A stretch of 64,000 nt of DNA from an uncultured delta proteobacterium (GCA_963747115.1 CAVVEB010000001.1:134554-198553), one strand, 5' to 3'. Positions 1 to 10,816 are shown, numbered from the stretch's first letter. Program-made: numbers and translations. Notes: generated from the sequence alone by a model not told the origin.

Positions 1-104
1 GCGCCGCCGGCTATTAGCTGCGGAGATTCAGCCTTTCAGCACGCGAGTCCGAGCGGATCGCTCACGATGCGGGTCGATGGTGCGACTTTGTTCGGTGGGG
101 CCAC

Positions 105-144
105 GAGATCCTTCGCGTGCGCCGTAGGCTTCGCTCAGGATGAC
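105..144. repeat. REP-like element half (GAGATCCTTCGC...GCTCAGGATGAC type)
   Basis: gagatccttcgcgtgcgccgtaggcttcgctcaggatgac resembles the widespread GTCATCCTGAGC/GAAGGATCTC REP type; a related copy is at 60733-60761. Confidence 0.65.
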
Positions 145-207
145 GGAAAAAGCGGCGTCGCGCGCGCGGCGAGTGGCACCCCATCACCGCGCGCGCAGCG
201 CGCGCGG

Positions 208-290
208 CCCTCACCGTCGCGTCACGGCGGTTGCGCGCAGCCATCGCAACCGCCGCGCCGCGACCGCCTCTCCCAGTAGGGCGAGGGTTT
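208..290. repeat. Nested palindromic REP-like element (CCCTCACC...CCTCTCCC-N4-GGGCGAGGG type)
   Basis: Inner stem ggcggttgcg/cgcaaccgcc inside gtcgcg/cgcgac, followed by the cctctccc-agta-gggcgagg hairpin. Confidence 0.6.
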
Positions 291-342
291 CAGTCGAACA
301 ACGGCTTCCGCGCGGCGTCGTATTCCCGATAGATTTGTAACC

Positions 343-1342
343 ATGCAGTTTGGAATTTTTGGCGGCGCCCAAGCCGACAGCGCGCGTCCCGGCGCGGTCA
401 TGGGAGACGGCTTCCATGACTTCATCGACTTCAACGTTGAGGCTGAGGCGCTCGGGTATCACAGCACGTTTCTGGTCGAGCACCATTTCACCGGATGGCA
501 TCAGGTGTCGGCCACGCTACCTTGCTCACCTGGCTCGCGGCGCGCACCAGAGCTGCGGCTCGGCACCGCGGTGATGGTGCTGCCGTGGCATAATCCGGTT
601 CTCCTGGCAGAACAGGCCGCGACGATTGATCTGATGTCCGGTGGCCGGCTCGATTTCGGCGTCGGCAAGGGCTACAGGCACAGCGAGTTCAAGGGGTTCG
701 CGATTGCGCTCGAAGAGGCCGAAGCGCGCTTCGAAGAAGCCCTCGACATCATGCTGCGCGGCGTGGACGTCGCCGCAGCGCTTCTCGCATCGCGGGCGCT
801 ATTGGCAATTCGACGACATCGTGGTCGAGCCGCCGACCCGGCAGCGGCCGCATCCGCCGATCTGGATGGCGGCGGCGAGCGCGCCGTCGATCAGCAAGGT
901 CGCGGCGCGCGGCTTCAATCTGATGCTCGATCAGTTCGCCTCGATCGAAATGATCGGCGAGCGCATCGCCCGCTACCGTGCCGAGGTGGAAGCGCACGGA
1001 CGCGTCTTCGATCCGTCGCGGGTTTGCGTCGCACGCGATATGTACGTGGCGCGGAGTGACGCCGAGAAGCGCGACGCGCATGAGCGCAACGACAAGGTTA
1101 ATCAGCGCATCCTGTCGGTCTCGCGCTGGCCGGACCACGCAGGCGGCTCGCACATTTTGGCGTATTCGCATTCGGAAGCGTCGCGCGCAAATACGCTTAT
1201 CGGCACTGCGGATGAGATCACGGACAAGCTCGACGCGATGCGCCGGGTCGGGGTGACGTATGTGATCCTGAATTGCCTCGGCTCGCGCGAAGCGATCGGA
1301 CGCTTCGCGCGCGAGGTGATGCCGTCCTTCGCGCGCGCGTAA
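343..1342 (+). CDS. LLM-class flavin-dependent oxidoreductase (luciferase-like), frameshifted in this sequence
   Basis: EHHF, RLGTAV, LAEQAATID-LSGGRL-GVG-GY and QRPHPPIW motifs split over ORFs 343..1059 and 641..1342; indels near 520, 551 (compensating; hidden LLTWLAART) and 760. Confidence 0.9.
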
Positions 1343-1354
1343 CCGTAGCTCCTT

Positions 1355-1380
1355 AAACCCTCGCCCCAATGGGGGATAGG
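1355..1380. repeat. REP-like hairpin, inverted relative to the 208-290 element
   Basis: aaaccctcgccc (1355-1366) is the exact reverse complement of gggcgagggttt (279-290); ccctcgcccc-aat-gggggatagg hairpin. Confidence 0.5.
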
Positions 1381-1459
1381 CCACCGGTTACCAGGGCGAT
1401 TTCGTCCGCTCGGCGACCTCGCTACACTGGAGCCGCACGCCCCCCGTCGGAGGGAAACA

Positions 1460-1692
1460 ATGGAAATCCAACACCATCTTTTCCAACGCATCACGAATGG
1501 ATCCCGAGAAATGCTTTGGCAAACCGTGCGTGCGAGGGTTGCGAATGCCGGTGGCTTCGATCCTCGCATTTCTCAGTGGCGGCATGACCATCGATGAGAT
1601 GCTCGCGGAATGGCCGGAACTTGAACGCGAGGACATCCTACAGGCGATTCGGATTCGCGGCCGCGTTCATGGAAGAGCGCGTAGTGCCGTGA
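1460..1692 (+). CDS. DUF433 domain protein (antitoxin-like), two apparent 1-nt indels
   Basis: [22 protein letters not shown]...[22 protein letters not shown] is the DUF433 signature; GGAGGG RBS before ATG 1460; reconstructed end [13 protein letters not shown] at 1692. Confidence 0.8.
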
Positions 1693-1714
1693 CCTGTTCA
1701 GTAGGAAGGGACAG

Positions 1715-2353
1715 ATGGAGCGGAAGGAAATACCAATTGTATTCGCCCCGAATAACGAGCCGTACCTCGGTCGGGAACTCCTCGTCCATTTCGATGAGCT
1801 TATATGTTCCGCAATGGAGCTAAACGCGGCCACCGCGCCAACGACCCATGGACGCATACTTACCGACCATCAGCAGATGGCCTGCCAAGTCATCGCGCAG
1901 GCGCTCAGTATCACGCTTTCGATCCGCGAGCTAATTAGGCAGGGCTATCTTTTCGGCGCGCGCGTCCTTCTTCGCGCTCTGGAGGAACGTGCGGCCATCC
2001 TGCTCTATCTCAACCTCCATCCGAACGAGATCGACCGATGGAACCGAGGCTGGCACTCCAACGACGCTCCGAGCCTTGCCAAAATGTTCGAAGCGATTCA
2101 GGCCCAAGCGCAGAACAGTCCCAAGATCCGGGGGCGGGATCTAACGGCAGAGTTAAACAGTCTATTGCACGCAAAACCCGACTCCGCAAAATGGAACTTG
2201 ATCCCCTTGGGAGAAGCGGGGGTCGGCCATGCCGTGTCAAAGATTTTGAACCGTCCCGACCTATGCGACGATCTTTGCGCGAACACGCTTCCTTGGCTGG
2301 CAATAATTCTAAGTATGATGGTGACCTACTTTCCCAGCGGTCCTGTCAACTAG
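1715..2353 (+). CDS. Hypothetical protein, DUF5677/HEPN-like
   Basis: Intact 212-aa ORF with RBS; helical pattern with A-x-x-L-L-R-x-L-x-E and a distal L-N-S-x-x-H motif. Confidence 0.55.
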   Translation: MERKEIPIVFAPNNEPYLGRELLVHFDELICSAMELNAATAPTTHGRILTDHQQMACQVIAQALSITLSIRELIRQGYLFGARVLLRALEERAAILLYLNLHPNEIDRWNRGWHSNDAPSLAKMFEAIQAQAQNSPKIRGRDLTAELNSLLHAKPDSAKWNLIPLGEAGVGHAVSKILNRPDLCDDLCANTLPWLAIILSMMVTYFPSGPVN

Positions 2354-2473
2354 AGTGTGGCAGGGGAAGTGCATCGGGCTTTTCACGCCCTGAACAGGCG
2401 GAGGGGATGCTCCGCTCTTCGGGGCTGGAAAGTATTTTCTATTGCTGGAGCGGCGCTCGCGAGCAAATCAAGA

Positions 2474-3480
2474 ATGAGCGACACCCGTACTGCCAAGAAT
2501 GTTGAAGGTCCCGCGACTCGGTCCAAAAGACGATCGTTGCGTTTCTCAGACGGCATCCCTTTGCCATTTGCTCAATCACCCTCTTTTTTTCACTGGCCTT
2601 CATTTGGGCCATCCCCAAGTGGCAAAGCGCTGCCCTCATGAGCTTGACTTCTCAAGGTCGCTTCGAGGCGGAAAATGCCGCTCGGGTCGCGATCGCACAG
2701 ATAATAGGTGGCATCTTGCTGCTAGTGGGCGTCTACTTCACCTGGTGGCGCATTGAAGAAGCGGAGGAAAGCCGCAATGTTGCCCGTGAAGGTCAACTCA
2801 CCGAACGTTTTTCGCGAGCGGTCGAACACCTGGGGAGCGACCGCTTGGAGATCAGACTTGGTGGGATATATGCGCTTGAGCGGATAGCGCATGACTCGGA
2901 GCGCGACCACTGGCCCATAGTCGAGGTCCTTACAGCGTATATTCGTGAAAACGCGGCTTGGACTGGCCCATCCGCAGAAGACCCGCCACCAACCGGCATA
3001 ATTGCGGATACTCCGAGACTTAGGGCAGATGTTCAGGCGATACTGACGGTACTGGGTCGGCGGGACATCGCCTACGAGGCAAACCAAGAGCGATGGATGG
3101 ATCTTAGAAAGGCTGACCTCAGGGCGGCTAACCTCAGCGACGCGCAGTTGGACAACTCGATTTTCACTGAGTGCTGCATGGAGCTGGCCTTTCTCGGAAG
3201 CGCGCATTTGAAGAAGTGTTTTTTCGTTGCTACCAACCTGCGGTGCGTAACGCTGCGGAACGCAAATGCGGAAGGGGCCACATTCGATCGAGCTAGCCTG
3301 CGCGGGGCAGATTTGCGTAACGCAAATCTGAGAGGATGTAGCTTTGGTTCGGCAGATTTGAGCCAGTCAGATTTGAGAGGCGCGAATCTTGAAAGTACGC
3401 TCGGACTCACAAAACGGCAGATAGCAAGTGCAAGAACCGACGACAAAACCCGGCTTCCAACTAACCTAATCAACGACTAG
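2474..3480 (+). CDS. Membrane-anchored pentapeptide repeat protein
   Basis: ERFSRAVEHLGS..RLGGIYALERIA plus A(D/N)LxG repeats; frame of ORF 2638 is open back to 2506 (hydrophobic ...AFIWAIPKWQ), so the likely start is ATG 2474 with an indel near 2508. Confidence 0.85.
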
Positions 3481-3537
3481 CACGACAAACCTTGGAGATC
3501 ATTTCGCGGGAGGGCGGGGGCGGCTACAGTTGTCATC

Positions 3538-5272
3538 GTGGCTGAGGAGGGAGCGAGCGCCGCGCCAGGCGGGCACGATGCGAATATCGAGTCGACGCGT
3601 TCTGCGCCGCCGCTACCGATCGCCGAGGTGCTCACGGCGCCCGCGGTCTTGGTCGTCGCCACCCTGATATTTTTCTATCATCTCGGCGCCTACGGATTCT
3701 GGGAGCCCGATGAGGCGCGCTACGGCGAGATCGCGCGCGAGATGCTTGCGTTGCGCGACTTCATCGTGCCGCATCTGAACTACGTCGCGTACGTCGAAAA
3801 ACCTCCCCTGCTCTACTGGCTCACCGCCAGCTCATTTCGAATTTTCGGTCTCGACGAATTTGCGGCGCGTCTGATTCCCGCGTTATCCGCGCTGCTAGGC
3901 GTGCTCGCTACCTTCATCTTCGTGGATCGCACGATGGGCCGGCGCCGCGCGACCGTGGCCGCGGCGATCCTCGCGACCGCGCCGGTCTACGCAGTGATGG
4001 CGCAAGTACTCACGACCGACATGCTGCTCACGGCGCTGGTGACGATCGCGCTGTTCGCGCTGTTTCTGCATTACCAGGAAGGCGGCGCGTGGTGCTGGAT
4101 CGCATACTGCGCGATGGGGCTGGCGACGCTGACCAAGGGGCCGGTGGGAATCGCCCTGCCAGGATTGACCACGGCGATTTTCCTGTGGTGGGAAGGCGCG
4201 CTGAGAAATTCGATGCGCCGCTTTCATGCGATCGGCGGCGCGGCCGTGGTAGTCGCGATCGCGGCGCCGTGGTTCGTCGCGATCAGCATCCGGGAGCCGG
4301 GTTTCCTCGATTTCTATTTTATCGGAGAACATCTGCGGCGGGTTTTCGATTCATCATTCAGCCACGGCGAGCCGTTCTATTTTTATGTTCCGGTGATCGT
4401 CGCAGGCTTGCTCCCGTGGTCATTGCTGGTGCCCTTTCTGACCTGGCGCAAGATGCCGCCGGAGGCGTCACGGCGTTTTTGCGTGATCGCTTCGCTCGTA
4501 ATCGTCGGTGCATTCTCCGCGGCCAGCGGCAAGCTTATTCCATACGTCCTGCCGGCGTTCCCTCCGCTCGCGGTTCTAATTGCGGATGGAATTGCCTCGT
4601 GTGCGTGGCCGGCCAAATCGCAGATGCTGCGATCTCCCGATTCGCGAATCCTGATGGAAGCGGGACTGCTGCTCGGATTGCTCGGCGCCGGCGTTATCGT
4701 CGCGGCGATCGAGGCTTCGTCGTTCGCGACTCCGTATCTGATGCTGACGCAACCGGCGCTATTCGCAGTCGGTGGAGTGCTGGTGTTCGGCGGCGCGATG
4801 ACGGCGCTGGCGTTTTCGGCGCGGCTGCCCGGCGCCGGACTCTCGCTCATCGTCATCACACTCGCCGGAGCATTGTGCATGGGAACCTGGGCGCGGCTTG
4901 AGGCCGAGCCGCTGCGCTCGTATGCGGGTATCAGCAAAGCCGTCGCCGAGCGCGCACCTAACGCGAGACTGATTTGTTACCATCGCTATGTTCAAGGACT
5001 GGCCTTCTACACGCGGCGGCGCGTCATCCTGGTGGGGGGGCTGAGCGAACTCAGGTTCGGCGCCGCGCGCGCGAAAGATGCGCACAACTATTTCTTCAGT
5101 TCCGACAGCGATTTGCTTCGGCTCTGGAACCAGCCGGGAGAAACCGTGATTATGCTCGACGCGGACGACCTCGCGCGTTTGAAGAGATCGCCTGGGCACT
5201 TTCACGCTAATCGCGGCCGAGCGCACCAAACGCGCAATCGTAAATCATGGAGAGCAACTTGCCGGCGAATGA
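3538..5272 (+). CDS. ArnT-like glycosyltransferase (GT-C, family 39/83)
   Basis: EPDEARYGEIAREM, YVEKPPLLYW, LTKGPVG and many TM helices; indel near 5186, true end probably ...RLGTFTLIAAERTKRAIVNHGEQLAGE* at 5272. Confidence 0.9.
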
Positions 5273-6248
5273 GGCGCGTTCATCCTCAACCGTATCGGCG
5301 CGCGCGCGCCCCGGGCATCCCTATCGATCATTTCTCTTGCGCATCGGACTGGGGGTGACCGTGGTCGGCTTTCTGCTCTGGCGTTACGACGCGCGTCCCG
5401 CGCTGCATTCGCTGGCGCGCGAGAGATTGCCGTTCTTCATCGCGACGGTCGGGATTATTGTCGGCGCGCAGGCGATGTCGGCATATCGATGGAAGCTGCT
5501 GGCCGCGGTGCTGAATATTCGCGGCCCCTACCCTGAATTTCTGCGCTACTACTTCGTCGGGGTGTTCACGAATCTGTTCGTGCCCGGGCTGGTGGGAGGC
5601 GATGCGGCGCGTGCGTTCTATCTCGGGAGGAGACACGGCAAGCTGGGCGAGGCGATCGCCACGGCGATCGCGGATCGAGGCTACGGTCTGCTGGCGCTCT
5701 TCTGGTTCGCCGCGATCATCGCGATCGCTCTGAATCGCGGGACGCTGGCCCACAACGTGGTCGCGCCCACGATCGCGATCGGCGCCATGAGCTTCGCGGC
5801 CTACCTCGCCTCGCCTCTGATCGCGCGCCTGATTCATCTGACGCCGCGGCCGGTGCGCCGCGCATTGGGGATCATCGCGCCGTACCTGCATCGACCCGCG
5901 TCGGTGCTGCCCGCGATCGGACTATCGATCGTGCTGCAGACCATATTGTCGATCAGCCAGTACCTCCTCGCGCTCGGACTCGGATTGCATCTACCGCTTC
6001 GGGTCTTCCTGCTGATAGTCCCCATCGCCAATGTGTTCGCGAGCCTGCCGATTACGCTGGCGGGCCTGGGTGTGCGCGAGACGGCGTATCTGCTGCTGTT
6101 CGGCATGGCGGGAGTGGGGCACGATGACGCGATCGCGCTGGGGCTGGTATGGTTCCTGGCGACCATCGCGGCGGGCGCATTCGGCGCCATATCGTTCGTC
6201 ACGACGCCGATTCCGACGCCCGGGGGCGACATTGCGGGCACAAAATAG
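5247..6248 (+). CDS. Lysylphosphatidylglycerol synthase TM-domain / flippase-like protein (UPF0104)
   Basis: RW, N.F.P...GGDAAR, DR and LPIT.AGLGVRE motifs in a polytopic membrane protein. Confidence 0.85.
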   Translation: MESNLPANEARSSSTVSARARPGHPYRSFLLRIGLGVTVVGFLLWRYDARPALHSLARERLPFFIATVGIIVGAQAMSAYRWKLLAAVLNIRGPYPEFLRYYFVGVFTNLFVPGLVGGDAARAFYLGRRHGKLGEAIATAIADRGYGLLALFWFAAIIAIALNRGTLAHNVVAPTIAIGAMSFAAYLASPLIARLIHLTPRPVRRALGIIAPYLHRPASVLPAIGLSIVLQTILSISQYLLALGLGLHLPLRVFLLIVPIANVFASLPITLAGLGVRETAYLLLFGMAGVGHDDAIALGLVWFLATIAAGAFGAISFVTTPIPTPGGDIAGTK

Positions 6249-6436
6249 CGACCGCAGACTACATCGGAGCAACACTTCGGACACATTTCGGAGTCACTAT
6301 TTAGGCCCAAAAGGCAGTTATCCACCGTCGAGCATCAGGGGTGGCGTCTATTAGGAGACTGAATATTGCGATTGCAACAAACGCTTTGTATATTGATGCC
6401 TAACCAGTCGGACAGGCATCCGGAGTACCGTAGATT

Positions 6437-7897
6437 ATGGACTTTATGAAGACGATGTTCCTCAACCCGCCCTCCTACGAGGATTTCGACGGGGGCGCGG
6501 GCTCTCGATATCAGGCTACCCGCGAGGTCTGGTCGTTTTGGTACCCAACCTGGCTGGCTTACCCGGCCGGCATCATCCCGGGCGCGCGGCTGCTTGATGC
6601 GCCGCCGCATAACTACACCGTCCAGCAGACCGTCGACGAGGCGAAGAACTACGACCTCGTCGTGATTCATACCTCGACGCCGTCATTGATGATGGATGCG
6701 CGCACTGCCGAATCCATCAAGGCTGCCAACCCCAATTGCATCATCGCGTTCGTCGGCGGTCATCCGACTGCGCGTCCCGAAGACGTGCTGAAGGTTTCCC
6801 GCGCGATCGATATCGCGGGCCGCAAGGAATTCGATCACTCGATGGTCGAAGTCGCGCAGGGGATGGATTGGGAGAAGATTGGCGGCATCAGCTACAGCAA
6901 AAATGGATCGATTCACCACAATCCCGATCGCCCGATTCTGACCGGCGCGGAGTTGGACGCACTTCCCTTCGTGACCGAGGTTTACGAAAAGAATCTCGAC
7001 TATCTGAAATACAACAGTCCCTACTGCCAGTATCCATATGTCTCGCTCTACACCGGGCGCGGATGCCCGGCGAAATGCACCTTCTGCTTGTGGCCACAGG
7101 TGACGCAGGGCCATAGCTATCGCACGCGCAGTCCCGAGAGCGTTTACGAAGAAGTCTCGCAGATGAAGGCGAAGTTCCCGAAGATGAAGGAACTCTTTTT
7201 CGACGACGACACCTTCACCGCCGATCCGGGCCGCGCGCGCAAGATCGCGCAACTGCTCAAGCCGCTCGGAATCACCTGGTCTACCAACTCGCGTGCCAAC
7301 GTCGACTACGAAACGCTCAAGATTCTGAAGGATGGCGGACTGCGCCTGTTCGTTGTTGGATATGAGACCGGCAACGCGCAGATCCTGAAGAACATCAAGA
7401 AAGGCGTCGGCCTGGAGCGCGCGCGCCGCTTCACTCGCGACTGCCATGAGATCGGAATCCTGATCCACGGCACCTTCATCCTCGGGCTGCCCGGTGAGAA
7501 CAAAGACACCATCCAGGAATCGATGAAGTTCGCCCGCGAAATGGATTGCGAGACCATCCAGGTCTCGCTCGCATCGCCGTATCCCGGAACCGAGCTCTAC
7601 GACTACGTCGAGAAAAACGGCTTCCTCGCGGTCAATCCGCTGCTCGATCAGGACGGCTACCAGAAGTGCACGGTGACCTATCCGGGCCTCAGCAACGACG
7701 AGATATACGGCGCGGTCGAGAAGTTTTATCGAAGCTTCTATTTTCGTCCAAAGTACATTTTCAAATCGATCAAGAAGATGGCGACCTCCGCCGAGGAGAC
7801 CAAACGTCTGCTCAAGGAGGGCGCTCAGTTCCTGTCCACCATGCGGCAACGGCGTCATCAGCTACGCGATCACCCGACTCCGCAAGTGTCAGCTTGA
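6437..7897 (+). CDS. hpnJ: Hopanoid biosynthesis radical SAM protein HpnJ
   Basis: FLNPPS..FDGGAGSRYQA.RE..SFWYPTWLA N-terminus; RGCPAKCTFCLWPQ CxxxCxxC motif. Confidence 0.93.
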   Translation: MDFMKTMFLNPPSYEDFDGGAGSRYQATREVWSFWYPTWLAYPAGIIPGARLLDAPPHNYTVQQTVDEAKNYDLVVIHTSTPSLMMDARTAESIKAANPNCIIAFVGGHPTARPEDVLKVSRAIDIAGRKEFDHSMVEVAQGMDWEKIGGISYSKNGSIHHNPDRPILTGAELDALPFVTEVYEKNLDYLKYNSPYCQYPYVSLYTGRGCPAKCTFCLWPQVTQGHSYRTRSPESVYEEVSQMKAKFPKMKELFFDDDTFTADPGRARKIAQLLKPLGITWSTNSRANVDYETLKILKDGGLRLFVVGYETGNAQILKNIKKGVGLERARRFTRDCHEIGILIHGTFILGLPGENKDTIQESMKFAREMDCETIQVSLASPYPGTELYDYVEKNGFLAVNPLLDQDGYQKCTVTYPGLSNDEIYGAVEKFYRSFYFRPKYIFKSIKKMATSAEETKRLLKEGAQFLSTMRQRRHQLRDHPTPQVSA

Positions 7898-7931
7898 ACT
7901 GCGCAACTAGGGCGTCTGCTCCGATGCGACG

Positions 7932-9089
7932 ATGAAACTGCTTGAGCTCATTTCGGCGTTCGGGATTCTTTTCTCGACCGTCTACTATCTGGCGGCGATT
8001 GTCGCGGGATTGATCTTTGCGCACAAAACTAATTCCGCGCCGCTGCCGCTCCCGAAAATTCCGCCCCGGGTGGCGATCCTGAAGCCGTTGCGCGGGGTTA
8101 CGGAACATCTGCGCGACAACATCATCAGTTTCATGGAAATCGCGTATGCGCGCGTCGAATATATCTTCGGCGTCGCCAGCTACGAGGATCGTGCGGTCGA
8201 CGTTCCGGTTGGACTGCGGGCGCCGTATCAGTTCGCGAATATGACGATTGCGATCGGCGAAGAGCCCGGCTGTACCAACCGCAAGGTTGCGAAACTGGTT
8301 CGAATGACGCAGCGCGCGTCGGAAAAGGCCGACATCTTCGTGCTCAGCGATGCGGACGTTTCCGTCGAGCCCGATCACCTCAAGCGGGTGGTCTCCGAAC
8401 TCATCGAAAATGACAAGACCGGCATTGTCACTTGCGTCTACCGCGGACAATCTCATCAGACCTTCGCTTCGCGGATGGAGGCGCTGTTCATCAACACCGA
8501 CTTCGCGCCGCAGGTGATTCTGGCGGAAGCGCTTGAGCCGATGCACTATGCGCTCGGGGCTACCATCGCGGTGAAGCGCGAAGCGCTCGAATCGATCGGC
8601 GGCTTTCCGGCGCTAAAGAATCTCCTCGCCGATGACTTCCATCTTGGAAAGAAGGTTTCCGAGCAGGGCTACAGGATCGAACTTTCCAGCTCGGTCGTGA
8701 CGGTGAGCTGCGAGGATCGCAGCTTCGCGGACTTCTGGCATCACCAGTTGCGATGGGCCCGCACCTACCGCAATGTAAGGCCGCTCAGCCTCGCGACGAT
8801 TTTCATCCATGGGCCGTTCTGGGCGCTGGGGTATATGGTCGCCACGGGTTTCACGTTGCATTCGTTTTACGCGCTCGGGATGATTCTCTGCCTCCGAATG
8901 GCGATGGCGGCGGTCATGATCGGTAAAGTTTTGAAGAAGCCGCAAGCACTGTCCGATGTACTCCTGATCCCTTTCAAAGACCTCGTAATGACGGGAATTT
9001 ATTTCGCCAGCCTGACCGGCAAGACCGTTAAATGGGGCGGCCGCCGATTCGAATTGATGCCTGGTGGCGTCATGCGCGAGCTCGCCTGA
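7932..9089 (+). CDS. hpnI: Bacteriohopanetetrol glucosamine biosynthesis glycosyltransferase HpnI
   Basis: ILKPLRG, NRKV, SDADV, LADDFHLG and QLRWART (GT21/ceramide glucosyltransferase-like); adjacent to hpnJ. Confidence 0.85.
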   Translation: MKLLELISAFGILFSTVYYLAAIVAGLIFAHKTNSAPLPLPKIPPRVAILKPLRGVTEHLRDNIISFMEIAYARVEYIFGVASYEDRAVDVPVGLRAPYQFANMTIAIGEEPGCTNRKVAKLVRMTQRASEKADIFVLSDADVSVEPDHLKRVVSELIENDKTGIVTCVYRGQSHQTFASRMEALFINTDFAPQVILAEALEPMHYALGATIAVKREALESIGGFPALKNLLADDFHLGKKVSEQGYRIELSSSVVTVSCEDRSFADFWHHQLRWARTYRNVRPLSLATIFIHGPFWALGYMVATGFTLHSFYALGMILCLRMAMAAVMIGKVLKKPQALSDVLLIPFKDLVMTGIYFASLTGKTVKWGGRRFELMPGGVMRELA

Positions 9090-9110
9090 CCATCCACACG
9101 ATCGGTTGCG

Positions 9111-9989
9111 ATGCTCGTTTATCTGCTCCTAGCCGTTCTGTCGAGCATCTTCCTCGCACTGGGACTCTTGATGATGAAAAGCCGCGCCGCCGCGCTGCCG
9201 GACGCGCGGGGATCGAGCATCATCAGCGGAGTTGTCGCGTGGCTTCGCGACCCGATCTGGGCCGGCGGCATGGGCGTGCAGACGATAGGATGGGCAATGT
9301 ACGTGATCGCCGTCTCGCGATCGCCGATCTCGATAGTCGCGGTCATGATGCAGGGCGGGATCGCGCTCTTCGTGGTTGCCTCGGTGGTCCTTCTCGGGGA
9401 GCGCGCTCGTCCGTCGGAGTGGGTTGGGATCGCGGCGATCGCGTCGGGAATGATCCTGCTCTCATGGTCACTGTCGGCAGGCACGGCTCAAGGCGCGACG
9501 GATGATCGCGCTGTACTCTGCCTCTCTATCGTTCTGGTCCTGCTCGCGGCAGCGCCCTTCACCCAGCGCAACCTCGCACAGGGCGGTACCGCGCAAGCTG
9601 TGGCGTCGGGCATCGCATTCGGTCTGGCGGGGCTCTACACCAAGGGCATGACCGACTCCTTGGCGGTGGGTGGCGGAGAGATCGTCATCCGGGTCCTGAC
9701 CAATCCGTGGGTCTATGCGATGATGGCGGCGAACATCAGCGGCATGATCATGCTGCAGAACTCATTTCATCAGGCGCGCGGTATCATCACGATGCCGCTG
9801 TCCTCGGGGCTTTCCAACCTGGTGCCGATAGCGGGCGGTATGCTGGCCTTCGGCGAACATCTGCCAAAAGATCCCACGGCGGCCGCGATGCGGGTCGCTG
9901 CCTTTCTCCTCACCGTCATCGCGAGCACAATGCTGGCGGGCGTGCAGGAGGAAAAACCGGCGGCCTCGCACGCAGCTTTCTCGCATTAG
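9111..9989 (+). CDS. DMT-superfamily (EamA/NIPA-like) membrane transporter
   Basis: About 9-10 TM helices; LLGER and FGEHLP loops. Confidence 0.75.
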   Translation: MLVYLLLAVLSSIFLALGLLMMKSRAAALPDARGSSIISGVVAWLRDPIWAGGMGVQTIGWAMYVIAVSRSPISIVAVMMQGGIALFVVASVVLLGERARPSEWVGIAAIASGMILLSWSLSAGTAQGATDDRAVLCLSIVLVLLAAAPFTQRNLAQGGTAQAVASGIAFGLAGLYTKGMTDSLAVGGGEIVIRVLTNPWVYAMMAANISGMIMLQNSFHQARGIITMPLSSGLSNLVPIAGGMLAFGEHLPKDPTAAAMRVAAFLLTVIASTMLAGVQEEKPAASHAAFSH

Positions 9990-10072
9990 CCAAATCCGCA
10001 TCAGATCGCGGTCCTCCAAAACCTGCAATTTTGCGCGCTTGCCGGCTGATCGCCCAAAACGCACGCAAGGCG

Positions 10073-10078
10073 TATAAT
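10073..10078 (+). promoter_or_regulatory. -10 box 7 nt upstream of the pcm GTG (probable leaderless mRNA)
   Basis: Perfect TATAAT; no Shine-Dalgarno between it and the start codon. Confidence 0.55.
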
Positions 10079-10085
10079 TGACAGT

Positions 10086-10733
10086 GTGACTTGGGATTCG
10101 ACAAGCGCACGCGACAAAATGGTGACGGAGCAGCTCGAGGCCCGCGGGATTCGCGACCCCCGTGTGCTGGACGCAATGCGCAGCGTGCCACGCGATCGCT
10201 TCATTTCTCCAGAACTGCGCGAGCATGCCTATGACGACGGCCCGCTCCCTATCGGCGAAGAACAGACGATATCGCAACCGTACATGGTCGCCCTTACCTG
10301 CGAGGCTGCCCATCTGAGCGGCTCGGAACGCGTGCTCGAAATCGGCACTGGCAGTGGTTACGAAGCCGCCGTGTTGTCGAAGCTCGCCGCCCAGGTTTTT
10401 TCCATCGAGTGTATCCCTCACCTGTACGATCGCGCGCGTATAATTCTTCATAGTGTCGGCGCAACCAACGTCGAGATACGGCTGGCCGATGGATCCTTTG
10501 GATGGCCCGAGGAAGCGCCCTTCGATGCGATCGTGGTCAGCGCGGCGATGCCGGGAATTCCTACCTCATTGCTCGCCCAACTCAAGCCGGACGGCCGCCT
10601 GGTGGCGCCCATCGGTGAAGAGGAATTGCAAACCCTGGTGCGGATCAGCAGGCGCAGCGGCCGATGGCGGGAAGAATATTTCGGAGAATGCCGATTTGTT
10701 AAAATGACCGGCAAACACGGCTTCGCGGAATGA
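10086..10733 (+). CDS. pcm: Protein-L-isoaspartate O-methyltransferase
   Basis: AYDDGPLPIGEEQTISQPYMVA, VLEIGTGSGY, APFDAI. Confidence 0.96.
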   Translation: MTWDSTSARDKMVTEQLEARGIRDPRVLDAMRSVPRDRFISPELREHAYDDGPLPIGEEQTISQPYMVALTCEAAHLSGSERVLEIGTGSGYEAAVLSKLAAQVFSIECIPHLYDRARIILHSVGATNVEIRLADGSFGWPEEAPFDAIVVSAAMPGIPTSLLAQLKPDGRLVAPIGEEELQTLVRISRRSGRWREEYFGECRFVKMTGKHGFAE

Positions 10734-10816
10734 ACATTCTTTGAGTTAGCGTCTCTCGGGTACCGCGCAAGATTCGACAAGATTCGGATTGACGGCCCGC
10801 GACTACGAGGGGGTGG

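Noticed and set aside
1-70. Possible structured RNA at the window start
   Set aside because: Short hairpins only, no match to any riboswitch consensus I can recognise, and truncated context.
1340-3500. Integron cassette array
   Set aside because: Co-oriented accessory genes are present, but I found no convincing attC (RYYYAAC...GTTRRRY) structures and no integrase.
6683-7858. Long antisense or alternate-frame ORFs (also 14836..16065, 24433..25743, 41317..42381, 51971..53023, 60396..61763)
   Set aside because: Shadow ORFs of well-supported genes, expected in GC-rich DNA, with no recognisable motifs.
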